A stretch of 63,832 bases of DNA, filler included, from Craspedostauros australis (GCA_030167865.1; 13 parts of 13 records of this genome joined end to end with filler, not necessarily neighbours in it), one strand, 5' to 3'; positions 25,583 to 38,709 are shown, counted from the first letter of the whole stretch. The notes: generated by a model from the letters alone, not told the origin. Translations and numbers: made by a program.

Positions 25583-26404
25583 CGTGTCGTGATTGCACAG
25601 GACGAAATAATCCACAAATCAGGTTCGATCGCCGGCAACCAACAAGGATGCTATCTTATTGTGTATTCTGGTGTTGCCGTCCTCTTCGTCGTTGTCGTTG
25701 TCGCCACCCGCTCGACACTTTCGTCTTTTCTCTGTGGTGTTCTCAATCAACTTGTGTCCTCCTGTGCCGTTGGCTACTCTTTCTGTGTACCGTCGACCTG
25801 CATCCACCATGGCGGAAGCTACCACCCATCGCGTTGTGTTTGTGTTGGTTTTGTCGCGACGGCATTGAATTGTGACGAAAGTGTTGTTCAACATGTTTAA
25901 TTATGGCCATGATTTGAATTTGAATGTTTAACGCTCAACAAGCGTTATTTCATCATACTAAAACAATCAAGATGATGCCAATGGCGTGGCAGGCGCGACG
26001 TGTCAAATCTGTTCTCACTCAGGTTTGGTTTGATTCCTCTCTCTCTGGCGCTTTCACATCTCTCTGTTCGTGGTTGCATCGCGTTGGCGAGATCGCAACA
26101 CATTGAGGAGGGATCGTTCGTCTTTGGTGCCTGCTGCACCTCTGCCATTCACCTTCATCATCTTTATCCCACACAAGGCTCACAGATTTGAACTGAGCAT
26201 CAAAGTGACCATGATTCTCAGCAGAGGACCTCCGCAGCAGGTGCAGTATCAAGCTGCTGTTTCGGGACATCAGGCCATGACTCCAACCATGAACATGAAC
26301 ACGANNNNNNNNNNNNNNNNNNNNNNNNNNNNNNNNNNNNNNNNNNNNTTAATTAATTAANNNNNNNNNNNNNNNNNNNNNNNNNNNNNNNNNNNNNNNN
26401 NNNN

Positions 26405-29328
26405 GAACGACCTTCGATCTTGAATCTGACCCGATTTGACGAATGCACACGTCGAATCTCCTCCTCGACGCAATCCTCCCTCAGCAGCTTCTCCATGCAA
26501 CACTGCGCGATGATGGACCACATCAGCTTGAGCACCATCTCACGATGGCCATCGACGATCTGATGTGGAATGACGTCTTGTGGAATTGAGATTCCGAAGG
26601 AGCGCAAGTTCTTCAGTGCGATGCCTACGTTGTGCAGCTTCTGCAACCGAGAACCAGCGGGGAGGCGCAACGCTGTCATGAATTGCTTTGGTTTGCAACC
26701 CGCCACGATTTCGGCCAAGCGTGTCAGGCACGAGCCATCGCGGAGATCAGTTGCGAGATTGTCCACATGCAGATTGACCTCATCCGCCGGCTGTTGTCGG
26801 TAGTGCACCTTGAGACCGAGCCGGTTGAGATGCTTCAGAAAATCACCCTCTCCAGTCAAGCATTCGCGGCATAGAGACTGGAGGACATCCTTGGATGACT
26901 TCACCTTTGAGGTTTTGATGAAGAGCCGCGGTACCTTGTCCAGTACATTCTCCATCTTGGCCATATCGAGGAAGATCACGAGCACGATGAGACGGTGGAG
27001 GACGATGGATCGCATTTCTGCCTTGTACAATTTTTCGAACTTCCCGGATGGTACCTTGCACTTGCCTCTTGTATAGTGTGCGAGAACCGTGCTGTCGGAG
27101 AGGACACGGTCAGCGAGAAATGCCTTGATGGTCTGCCGCATGCGTTGAAATCCGGTGATGGCAGCTGCAGTTGTACTCGTAGGTGCCTGCTTCTTGCTCT
27201 TCGAAGGCCTTGCCATTCTAGTTGCCGTTGATTGGTGTGGTTCGTCAATAGTGCTGACGGGCTCGAGGATCTCTCCGAACACGACCTCGAGCGCAATTCG
27301 CAGCCATGGCTGGGAATAGGACGACAAGAGGTTGATGATACTCCTCCGCAACGTCAGGTCAGCATGGATATCGCGATCCGTTCTGATGGCCAAGCGCCCC
27401 TTCTTGATCTCTTGATCAACGATCGTCTTGACGCGCTCCATTTCATCGCTTTGGAAGATTTCCGCAGCTCTTGATCTGCACTGAGCCAGGTGCTGATGGA
27501 TGAAGAGTGTTCGAAGTCCTGTATTGCGCCCGCTGGATTGCGGTTCGCTTGACTCCTCCGCACTTTCGATGGGATTGAGAGTGTAGTTGAGCCAGCTCGT
27601 AAAGGTGATTGATTGCTTGTCGGCCCATGATGCCTCACGTCGTTTCGGGGACTTCTGCACAGACGTCGCTTTTGATGGGGCGTGGGTGCGGCCAAGTTTA
27701 CTGTATCTTGATGTTGACTGTGATGATTGAAGTTGGCGTTGGGGTTTAGACTTGGGAGTGGATCTCTGCATTCGAGGCTTCGAAGTTGCGGTGGATGGTC
27801 GATCTACGGACACGGTGAATGCAACACCCTTGCGTGTAGTTGCGGGGGTGGAGATGGCAGTCGACGCGGCGCCTCTGGGCTTATGCACTGTCGCGGTTCG
27901 AGCAGAAGCCACTGCAGAAGTAGAAACACTTTCTGTTATCGTTCGCAGGGCAAGAGATTGATTCGGCGTGTCCGTACTTGTATGCAACACTCTTGGCTTC
28001 AATGGAGTGATCGACGACAATGGTGTTGCATGGCTGACTGTTGATGTATGTCTGCCCTTGTTGGTTGCACTGGGTGCCGATGACGGATTGACGGAGTTTG
28101 GTGCGTGTTTGTGCTGGTTCTGCAGATGCTTCTGAACTTCGTGGACCTGTTGTGCCGCCTGGGGCGAGAGGATGAGCAGGGATGCTTTGTCAATATCAAC
28201 AGTGGGGCTTTTCTTGCCGGGAGCATCCCTTGCATTTGCGTTGCTGTATCGTGCCTTTGCAGCTGTCGGAGAGGTTGTCGAAGTCTGCCAAACAGCACCA
28301 GTCGGACTAACGAGAAGGCTTTCTTCCAGCAAGCTGACATCAGGGTTCGATGGATCGTCATCCCCCAGCTCTGTTCGGAGCAATGAGTTGGGCGTCTTGG
28401 GAAGCACGATGGAGATCTTCGAAAGAGTTGACTGAGGCGTAGAGCTACGAGCCTTGTTGATCGATGATGCTGCAGATGCCATTGTTGGTTTTGTGGCGTT
28501 GGCGTTGGCGTTGCCGCTGCTGCTGGTGGTGTTGGTATTACTCTTGCTTTTGGGCGCGGTGTTTTCAGGGATGGTGTGGGATTTGGTTGACGGTGGTACA
28601 GAGCTGAATGGAGACCAAGTGTAGTCTCTTTGAGTCGATGTGAATTGCAATGGGGTGAATGATGATGCCTTACCGCTCCTGCTACTGCTGTTTTTGCTTT
28701 TGGTGTCCTCGTCGTTGTTCTGTTTTCCGCTGATGGCAGTGTTGATGGAGACTGCGGACTGGAACGTGGGTGATATCGTTGCGCGGAGGTTACGACGAAG
28801 ATTCACTGCGCTGTTTGGAGTCTTCTCGCCCAGCACAGCAACCGATGCTGCAGGCGCATTCGCCACCGTGGAAGATGTGGAGTCATGCACAGGAGATCGG
28901 TACGGCGTCCGAGTGCTGGGAGCCATCGTGTTTTCCTTACCACGGTGTGTCGCAGTTGGTCCAAGCGTCTTTGCGGATTTGCTGATTGCATTCCTTTGTT
29001 TGGTCGAATTGGATGGCTTCAATCTATTCTTGCCTGTCCAGGACATGTCTGCGCTTCTGTTCCCGGCGTTGGTGCTCGCAGAGGATCGGATCGACGATCT
29101 ACCAAGCTTGGAGGTAGCTGGGGTTGACCCCTTCAGCTGGCGACGCAACGATTGCATTGGCGAGACGTTGCTGCTGTTGTTGTTGTTGTTGTGTGGCGTC
29201 AGCACTTTTCGGTCCACGATTCTGTTCTTCGTTGACGGCGTCTTGGCTGGTGGCGTGCCGATGGAATCATCGAACCCGACCATGCGACCCACGGGCGTCT
29301 TTGGCAGCGTGTCATGGTAGATCCGCAT
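26405..29328 (-). CDS. ASPM: ASPM-like protein, N-terminal part, copy 2 (probable second haplotype)
   Basis: Near-identical to copy 1, including upstream DNA, and cut at the same base. Confidence 0.88.
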
Positions 29329-29961
29329 CGTGTCGTGATTGCACAACACAAAACAATCCACAAATCAGGTTCGACCGGCGGCAACCAGCAAGGAGATGCT
29401 ATCTTGTTGTGGATTCTGGTGTTGCCGTTCTCTTCGTCGTTGTCGTTGTCGCCACCCGCTCGACACTTTCGTCTTTCTTCTGTGGTGTTCTCGATCAACT
29501 TGTGTCCTCCTGTGCCGTTGGCTACTCTTTCTGTGTACCGTTGACCTGCGTCCACCATGGCGGAAGCTACCAACCATCTCGCCGCGTTGTGTTTGCGTTG
29601 GTTTTGTCGCGACGGCATTGAATTGTGACGAAAGTGTTGTTCAACATGTTTAATTATGGCCATGATTTGAATTTGAATGGTTAACGCTCAACAAGCGTTA
29701 TTTCACCATACTAAAACAATCAAGATGATGCCAATGGCGTGGCAGGCGCGACGTGTCAAATCTGTTCTCACCCGGGTTTGGTTTGATTCCTCTCTCTGGC
29801 GCTTTCACATCTCTCTGTTCGTGGTTGCATCGCGTTGGCGAGATCGCAACACATTGAGGAGGGATCGTTCGTCTTTGGTGCCTGCTGCACCTCTGCCATT
29901 CACCTTCATCATCTTTATCCCACACAAGGCTCACAGATTTGAACTGAGCATCAAAGTGACC

Positions 29962-30152
29962 ATGATTCTCAGCAGAGGACCTCCGCAGCAGGTGCAGTAT
30001 CAAGCTGCTGTTTCGGGACATCAGGCCATGACTCCAACCATGAACATGAACACGAACATGAATCCGAATACGAGCGCAGGTGCAGATGTAGGCACGCAAA
30101 TGATGATGAATGAAGTTCGTCGCAGAGATGATGACCGATACGCACCCGCACC
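29962..30152 (+). CDS. Possible 5' end of an unknown gene divergent from ASPM (also at 26211-26304)
   Basis: MILSRGPPQQVQYQAAVSGHQAMTPTMNMNT... is open to the gap and conserved in both copies. Confidence 0.4.
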
Positions 30153-30252
30153 NNNNNNNNNNNNNNNNNNNNNNNNNNNNNNNNNNNNNNNNNNNNTTAA
30201 TTAATTAANNNNNNNNNNNNNNNNNNNNNNNNNNNNNNNNNNNNNNNNNNNN

Positions 30253-32183
30253 TTAACACGGTGACGTACGACGGCCAGACCGAAGTTTGGGTCGATTGAC
30301 GGACGACGTACAGACGTTTGTATGGGCACGCAATACGCACGGTCGACGTACGGACGTTTTTGTATGGAAAACGACGATGATCCGCAACTCCCCGAAAGTG
30401 CGGACGAATGTTCAACATCCGCAGCTCCCAAACAACACGAGATACTTCGAGACACGCGATACACCGTGTTAAACATGTACACCACGCTACACCATGATGA
30501 ACCCATGTTCACGTACATCCATGTGAACACACACACGCAACGTGTCCATACGTACACATCAATACTTCTACCATCTTCAACGGACCACTACAAGGTGAGA
30601 TATTGATGATCAAAGTACTCAAGATCAACCAGTACTTGCAATACACAGTGTCATATACATGTAAGCACACACACGTGTTCACCATGACCATACACACGTG
30701 TGACATCAAGAACCACACTCTGGATCAGCTTGGTGATGGAGATAGTGATGCATGAGTACAACACAAGCAACATGTGATAACACGTGCAACCATGTTAATG
30801 TGAGATGAACATCGTCAATGGAAGATGAACATTGTCAATGGCAAATGAACTATCTGTCAACATCAAATGAACTATCTGTCAACAACATTCCAACTACAGG
30901 AGGATGGCACAAGTCCCATGAAATGGCTGACTTGTGGGGGAGGAGGGGGAAGTCAACACCATTCCAACTACNNNNNNNNNNNNNNNNNNNNNNNNNNNNN
31001 NNNNNNNNNNNNNNNNNNNNNNNNNNNNNNNNNNNNNNNNNNNNNNGGAGGATGGCACAAGTCCCATGAAATGGCTGACTTGTGGGGGAGGAGGGGGAAC
31101 AACACCATCAACTGTGATACTCACACATCCATGTGCTCACACACACACACACGCTGCCACACCGTGCAACCAGCCACAACACACAACAACACGTGAGACC
31201 GTGATCCAACAGTCAACACACAATGAACTATCTGTCAACATCAAATGAACTATCTGTCAACACCATTCCAACTACTGGAGGATGGCACAAGTCCCATGAA
31301 ATGGCTGACTTGTGGGGGAGGAGGGGGAAGTCAACACCATCAACTGTGATACTCACACATCCATGTGCTCACACACACACACACACACACTGCCACATGG
31401 TACCACCAGCCACAACATGCAACAACACATGAGACCGTGATGCAACAGTCAACACACAATGAACTATCTGTCAACATCAAATGAACTATCTGTCAACACC
31501 ATTNNNNNNNNNNNNNNNNNNNNNNNNNNNNNNNNNNNNNNNNNNNNTTAATTAATTAANNNNNNNNNNNNNNNNNNNNNNNNNNNNNNNNNNNNNNNNN
31601 NNNATGTTCATCTTCCATTGACGATGTTCATCTCACATTAACATGGTTGCACGTGTTATCACATGTTGCTTGTGTTGTACTCATGCATCACTATCTCCAT
31701 CACCAAGCTGATCCAGAGTGTGGTTCTTGATGTCACACGTGTGTATGGTCATGGTGAACACGTGTGTGTGCTTACATGTATATGACACTGTGTATTGCAA
31801 GTACTGGTTGATCTTGAGTACTTTGATCATCAATATCTCACCTTGTAGTGGTCCGTTGAAGATGGTAGAAGTATTGATGTGTACGTATGGACACGTTGCG
31901 TGTGTGTGTTCACATGGATGTACGTGAACATGGGTTCATCATGGTGTAGCGTGGTGTACATGTTTAACACGGTGTATCGCGTGTCTCGAAGTATCTCGTG
32001 TTGTTTGGGAGCTGCGGATGTTGAACATTCGTCCGCACTTTCGGGGAGTTGCGGATCATCGTCGTTTTCCATACAAAAACGTCCGTACGTCGACCGTGCG
32101 TATTGCGTGCCCATACAAACGTCTGTACGTCGTCCGTCAATCGACCCAAACTTCGGTCTGGCCGTCGTACGTCACCGTGTTAA
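30253..32183. repeat. 580-bp reverse-complement overlap between contigs (30253-30832 = rc 31604-32183)
   Basis: Identical ORF-track translations on opposite strands; the ends match exactly. Confidence 0.9.
30845..31503 (+). repeat. ~230-236-bp tandem satellite with internal hairpin and 22-bp sub-repeat
   Basis: AATGAACTATCTGTCAACATCA doublets and CACAAGTCCCATGAAATGGCTGACTTGTG recur at 30908, 31056 and 31286. Confidence 0.85.
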
Positions 32184-32617
32184 ATCCTCGTACATTAGGG
32201 TTTGATTGGTTGCACCTGTGGACACTATTGCGGCTACAGCTAGGGTTAGGGTTTATAAAAGCCGGAACCTGTGAAAGTGAAGGGTGATATTTTTGGCTCT
32301 TTCGTTGTTGATGGTGTGGAGGGTGCTCTTGGGCGGCTGTAGTGACGCTCGCTTTTGTCAACGGATGGATATTGAGCGAGCTGTGGGGTGTTGAAGTTTG
32401 TCACTATTTTGGTGTTGATTAGGGGTATTTTGGGAGCTGTGGGACATGGATATTGGGTGGTACATTTGGGAGTTGCGGGAAATGGTGAATTGGGTGGTAT
32501 ATTAGCGTCCGTACGTTGTCCGTAGTGTATTGGATTGTGGATAATTGGTCTGCCCTTCGTCTGTTTGTGCGTTGTGTAGTGTGGTGTGTACAGTGATTGG
32601 TCTGTACGTTGTTCGTT

Positions 32618-32880
32618 GTGTGGTGTGTAGTGTGGTGTGTAGTGTGGTGTGTAGTGTGGTGTGTAGTGTGGTGTGTAGTGTGGTGTGTAGTGTGAGTGTG
32701 TAGTGTGAGTGTGTAGTGTGAGTGTGTAGTGTGAGTGTGTAGTGTGAGTGTGTAGTGTGAGTGTGTAGTGTGAGTGTGTAGTGTGAGTGTGTAGTGTGAG
32801 TGTGTAGTGTGAGTGTGAGTGCTAACATGAGTGTGAGTGCTAACATGAGTGTGAGTGTGAGTGATAGTGTGAGTGTGTGT
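32618..32880 (+). repeat. GT-rich minisatellite: (GTGTAGTGTGGT)n then (GTGTAGTGTGAGT)n
   Basis: Direct 12-bp and 13-bp tandem units. Confidence 0.9.
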
Positions 32881-33912
32881 GCCATTGCTGCTCATGTGTG
32901 TCTTGGGTGTAGTAACGTCCTTGTATTGCGGGTTATGGTGCATTGGCATGTTGTGTGATCAAGTTTTGGTTTTGTGGGCATTGTTTGGGCACTTGTGTGT
33001 GCCTGTTTTTGCTGCCAGTGTGTTGCAGGCTATTAGCAACATTCTTTTTTGGGTTATTGTGCATTGGGGTGTAGTGAGCTGTGTCTTGATGTATGATTGG
33101 TACTGTCAATTTGTTAGCGTGATGTTTTTGTGTCCTGCATCATCGTGCTTTGGCCTGTAGTGAGCAGTGTCTTAGTGTATGATGGGTCCTGGAAATTGCT
33201 TTGGTTTTGTGTGTTTGGTTATCATGCATGGGTGTGTAGTGAGCAGTTGGTGACATGTTGTGTCATGGCCTTGTCTCTGTGCATGCTTTGTGTGTCTTGT
33301 GTGCCTTTGCTACTCGTGTATTGAGGGTTATGGGTTATTAGTGATGCTGTATCTTGGGTTTTTGTGCATTTCCTTGTTGTGAGCAGTGTGTGAACAGTGT
33401 ATGGGCAGTGTGTTGTGATTTGGCCATTCAAGCTTGTAGGGAACCGTGTGATCAGTGTGTGTGCACTGTCTGTGTGCTGTCTGTGTGTGTGTGTTGGCCA
33501 GTGAGTGAGGGGCTGGAAGTGACTGCAAGTGTGATCCAACATGGTCCATCTTTGAGTCTGATAATGAGTATCATGGAGTAGCCAACCGCATGTGCCACAC
33601 GTGTATCATGTCATGAGTGTTATGGGGTGTGTATGAACGTTGTTGGATGTGTGATTACCGCAATAGGCAGTGGTGAGAGACTATCCGGAAATGTGTGCAA
33701 GTGTGGGATGTTGGGGTGTTGGGGTTTTGTGATCCAACATGGTCCACTTTGGAGTGTGACAACGAGCATCATGGAGTATCCGACCGCATGTGATACACTT
33801 GGTCCATGTCAANNNNNNNNNNNNNNNNNNNNNNNNNNNNNNNNNNNNNNNNNNNNTTAATTAATTAANNNNNNNNNNNNNNNNNNNNNNNNNNNNNNNN
33901 NNNNNNNNNNNN

Positions 33913-34885
33913 AGCGGTTCGAGCACAAAGAAGATGTGAACTCCGCGGCGGTTGTGGATCAGGCCGCCTCCCAACACCGGATCGGGCGCATTCTCTCGGA
34001 ACGATCCTTGCTTGACCATTTCGGCGCTCGAAGTTGCCACAATTTCCTCCTTTCCTTTCTCGTGGTTGATGTTGAGGCTGCTCATTGCTTCTTCGATGTT
34101 GTTGTTGCCGCGGCTGGGCGTTGCGCGCTTTGTGATGGTGGTTGGTGCGAACTTCGCGGATTTGGGCACTGTGGTACGACGAGGCATGATGAATGGTGGA
34201 GTGGCGAGGCTGAGCTCGTCGTTGATGAAGTCGGGCGGCAGTTGATCTGCGGAAGCTTCGTCCGATATGGATCCAGCGAAGGAGAAACTCTCGTCAGTGC
34301 TGTCGCTGATGTCGTCGGTACCGCTGGCTCTGTTGGAGCGTGATGCGTTTACAACTGTTGGTGAATTAGAAAGCTCCTCCTCGTCGTCGCAGCTGGTGTC
34401 GTCCTCGTCTTTGTTGTTGGGTTCGAAGTCCTCGTCGTTCGTGTCGTTGCTGTTGTTGCTGCCTGATGGGTGGTACTGGAGGGCGTCTTGACGTTCCTTC
34501 GGCAAATCGCTGTAATTTTCCGGCGTGCTCAATCCACACTTGGCACGAAACTCGAGTCCAAAGCCTGAAAGCACAGAGAAGAAGTGAGTGGTTGCAACCA
34601 GCAATGCAAAGCCAACATCAAACAACCATCAAATGCTCTCAGTCAATTCGTACCTTTGCCAGTTTGCAGAAACTTTTGCAAGCGCTTGTGACAGCTTCTG
34701 TAGTTGCGTTGGAGGTTCTGTTTCTTGTATTTGGCTTGCCAATCAGTGTGTGTTTCCCAGAAATGGTTGAACCCTTCGATGGAGGGGTGGAAGCGTGGAG
34801 GTGTTTCACTGAAGCCTTTGATGATGTACGCTGCGTGGTCGCCTGTTGCTGACCAGCGGCCGTCGTCGTTTCGATTTTGTGACAT
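33913..34885 (-). CDS. Orphan protein, 5' part: exons 34885-34654 and 34564-33913; continues in 35205-36844
   Basis: ATG at 34885, 89-bp GT-AG intron in frame; 33913-34396 is the reverse complement of 35205-35688. Confidence 0.65.
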
Positions 34886-35204
34886 CGTGCATGATTTGTG
34901 AACACACGACGATCTGCATCCATCCTGCAACAACAGCATGAGTTGGGAGGACAATAGATTGATCGAAATGCGCAACCTATCGGTGCGATGCTTGCAAGTC
35001 AGGGTCAGCCCATGCACAAGTTCCATCGAGAGAGCGCACCTCTGATGAACAGAGGAGGCAAAGTCATCCAAAGCCACGAACGAGGAATCGGTACGACTAG
35101 CTTGNNNNNNNNNNNNNNNNNNNNNNNNNNNNNNNNNNNNNNNNNNNNTTAATTAATTAANNNNNNNNNNNNNNNNNNNNNNNNNNNNNNNNNNNNNNNN
35201 NNNN

Positions 35205-36844
35205 CCAGCTGCGACGACGAGGAGGAGCTTTCTAATTCACCAACAGTTGTAAACGCATCACGCTCCAACAGAGCCAGCGGTACCGACGACATCAGCGACA
35301 GCACTGACGAGAGTTTCTCCTTCGCTGGATCCATATCGGACGAAGCTTCCGCAGATCAACTGCCGCCCGACTTCATCAACGACGAGCTCAGCCTCGCCAC
35401 TCCACCATTCATCATGCCTCGTCGTACCACAGTGCCCAAATCCGCGAAGTTCGCACCAACCACCATCACAAAGCGCGCAACGCCCAGCCGCGGCAACAAC
35501 AACATCGAAGAAGCAATGAGCAGCCTCAACATCAACCACGAGAAAGGAAAGGAGGAAATTGTGGCAACTTCGAGCGCCGAAATGGTCAAGCAAGGATCGT
35601 TCCGAGAGAATGCGCCCGATCCGGTGTTGGGAGGCGGCCTGATCCACAACCGCCGCGGAGTTCACATCTTCTTTGTGCTCGAACCGCTCGTCAACCCAGA
35701 ATCTATTCGCTTCTCCAGCGAGGATGATGGGTGGAGCGTTAAATTGGCGTACAAGCTACCAGCAACTTATTACTCCGCAAGCAGCATCTACGGGCCATTC
35801 ACAGATCGTCCTCACTTTTCCGTTGGCCTTCGTCAGGGACAAGAAGCGCTTCGCTCGATGGCACAATCGCAAGCCGATGAGAACGGTGAACTCGCAGTCA
35901 CGCGCAGGGTAAGTGTTGACTTCCAGATGGACAACAACTTCCGGCATGCTGTGACGAAGATGCCAATGCCTGAGCAGTACCACATCATTTACAACGGGCT
36001 GGGGTCGTTCACCATCGCAGCGTTTTGTTTTGAGCGGCAGCAGAAGGCAGCGATTCCGCTCGGGCACACCATCTCGCGCACCATCGAGGGAATGGCGCCA
36101 AACAACACATTTGGTGGAACACCATTTGGGACACCACAACGCAGCCACAACGGGTTTGCACCCAGCGTCTTCTCTCCACCAGGAGCCCCAGCATTCTCAG
36201 GACACCATGGCGTTGCTGCCAACGGGCATGGATTTGCTGCTACTGGGTTCGGAGCACAACCATTTGCAACCCCAACTCAACCACATCAACAAAGAGCAGC
36301 AAGCCAATTTGGCAACATCCCCCAAGCAGCAAACTTCGTGCCGCGCTCTACTGGGCGCCACAAGAATGAGCAAGAGGCAGCCCACAACCAAGCAGCGGAG
36401 GCTCGTGCGCAACAGGAGGAGGCTCGTCGTCGCCAGACGGAGCAGGAAGCCCGTGCTCTCATTGAGCAGGCAAACGCTCGCGCGAACTTGGCACAACAGA
36501 GGGCGGCAACCGAGGCAGAAGCGCAGGTCCGTGCTGCGCAAGCGCACAATGCTCGTCTCATTGAGCAAATGAGAGTGCTTGAGGAGGAGAAGGCCAAGTA
36601 TGCTCGCATGGTGGAGCAGCAGCGCACAGCAGCAGCGAGCAACATTGACGATACCGGATTCTCCATCTCGGACATGCCACAAGCCCCCACAGCAGGGTTT
36701 GTGCATCGTCGCGAGAATGACCATGTCCCAAGCCGAGGCGATTCTGTTCGCCAACGAATGGATGGTGTCCCAGCCTCTGTCACAACAGGAAGTCATTCAG
36801 CTGCTGTCTCTGAGGATGGGCTTGCATCAACTGTGCATGCATGA
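35205..36844 (+). CDS. Orphan protein, 3' part (acidic region, globular core, FG-rich region, coiled coil)
   Basis: Long open frame (476 aa from the internal Met) with an A/Q/E/R coiled coil; no recognised family. Confidence 0.7.
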
Positions 36845-37747
36845 GACCCATCCAATTGCATGTCACAAGAGGATGCTCGATCAACACATCAAACAGAAAA
36901 AATGCACAATGAGAAAAAACGAGCACCAACCAAAAAACACACACACACACACACATCAACAACACCACAAAAATCGAAAAACACCCACAAACACCCACAA
37001 ACAAACAGTGCACCAGTAGAATAAGCCGATACCGTTAGTAGTCACAGTAACGAACACAACAAACCTGACTTGTCNNNNNNNNNNNNNNNNNNNNNNNNNN
37101 NNNNNNNNNNNNNNNNNNTTAATTAATTAANNNNNNNNNNNNNNNNNNNNNNNNNNNNNNNNNNNNNNNNNNNNATGCTCACAGTTCTGAGAATGCAACA
37201 ACAGGAATAGGTAATCAGATATAACTAATAAGGCTGGGTTACCCCGGATTTCCAACAGCAATGCTCCAGCTTGACGACTTGGCCAAAGGCATCATTGGAT
37301 CAAAGATGTGCAGCATTGGCATCAATGCTGAGACATCGCACACATCTCCAGCATGATGCGTGATCTGGCCTCAGCTCTGCCATCTGTAAGCTTCACGTTT
37401 CCACACAAGGCGTGCATCCTCCACCCGAACTTGTTCAGATGGGGGAATTGAAGCACCAGCGATCGCGCTCATCATCTGGACGGTGTTTGCAGAAGGAAGT
37501 GTGCCAGGGGCTTCCGGTAAAACGGACTATTGGACTAACGAACAGCATCACCATCTGGTTAACGGACGATAGTAGTCGTGAATGCGAATTCCTTAGTCGT
37601 GGTTGGAATGTCGTATTAGGACATTCTGGTTTTATCAATCCGTGATTGAATTGTCTCTAGCCTACAGCGAACAAAGATGCCCTATTTATGGCACGTTATG
37701 AAAAGATGCTCTATTTAAGGCACGTTTTGAATAGGTGCCCTATTTTA

Positions 37748-38207
37748 GTGCATCTGTTGACATCGCACTGATACGAGTCGCAAGTGGCGACGACAATGTC
37801 TGAAGGACATGGCAACCAAGACTAATAAGATCTCGTTCACGACTAATATTGTTCGTAAGCCCGTTAAAATGAACTCGAACCAGCATGTCCGGCAGTTTAG
37901 CGGAAGCCCCAGGACGGGTGTTGCTATGGTGGGATTTGGAAATCATGGTGTGTTTGTGTGGTGTTCTGTGGGAAGTGTACGACTGGGGAAACGAGCGTGA
38001 TGGAAAAGCCATCGTCGCGACCAAGTCACTCGCGCTAACAGTCAGGGGCTTCCGGTAAACTGCCGGACATGGTGGTTCGAGTTCATTTTAACGGGCTCAC
38101 GAACAATATTAGTCGTGAATGAGATGTTATTAGTCTTGGTTGCAGTGTCCTTCAGACATTGTCGTCGCCACTTGCGACTCGTATCAGTGTGATGTCAAAA
38201 GATGCCC
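37748..38207. mobile_element. Tourist/PIF-Harbinger-type MITE, 460 bp
   Basis: ~165-bp terminal inverted repeats (GTGCATCTGTTGAC... / ...GTCAAAAGATGCCC), flanked by TTA at 37745-37747 and 38208-38210. Confidence 0.8.
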
Positions 38208-38709
38208 TTAAGACCCCATTCAGGACAAAAAGGTAGTATCCTGCCGATTTTTTATCGGACAACATGACTTTTTTGGCAAACGATGTGGCGTATTGTTCAT
38301 TAGGGTCATATTTAATTAGCTAGCTTCTACGACACAAACACCTGGCTGACTTGTCTTCAGCGTGGACGAAAATGATGACGTCAACGACGGTCGATGTCAG
38401 ACCACGATTGTATTCAATGGTGTGGATGGTGATGTTGTGGCAGTTTCGGTGTCGCGTTGATTCCTCACGTTGTCGATGATTTGGCTCGGTTGTGTGTTTC
38501 CTCCTTCGCGCGTGTTGCGCAAAGCAGCACAGCGTTGGTGGTGGCACCCCTGCGCGTCAGCTGCAACAGCAACATTTGCGAATACCACACAACACAGAAT
38601 TATATTATATAATGTCATGGAGCACACTAAATTTTCTTTGGTATGCAAAGCAAATATATACATAAATAACTCAGTGATTACATCGTAGATGTGCCATAAG
38701 GCTTTACCC

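Noticed and set aside
30845..31503. CRISPR-like array or hammerhead ribozyme
   Set aside because: Inter-repeat sequences are homologous, not unique spacers; no cas genes; no CTGANGA/GAAA core.
30253..32183. Large inverted repeat suggesting a transposon with 580-bp TIRs
   Set aside because: Identical arms each start at a contig edge; better explained as overlapping contigs in opposite orientation.
32419..32949. His/Thr-rich 176-aa ORF
   Set aside because: Translation of the CA/GT minisatellite.
33913..35688. Inverted gene duplication
   Set aside because: Identical 484-bp overlap ending at contig edges; assembly redundancy.
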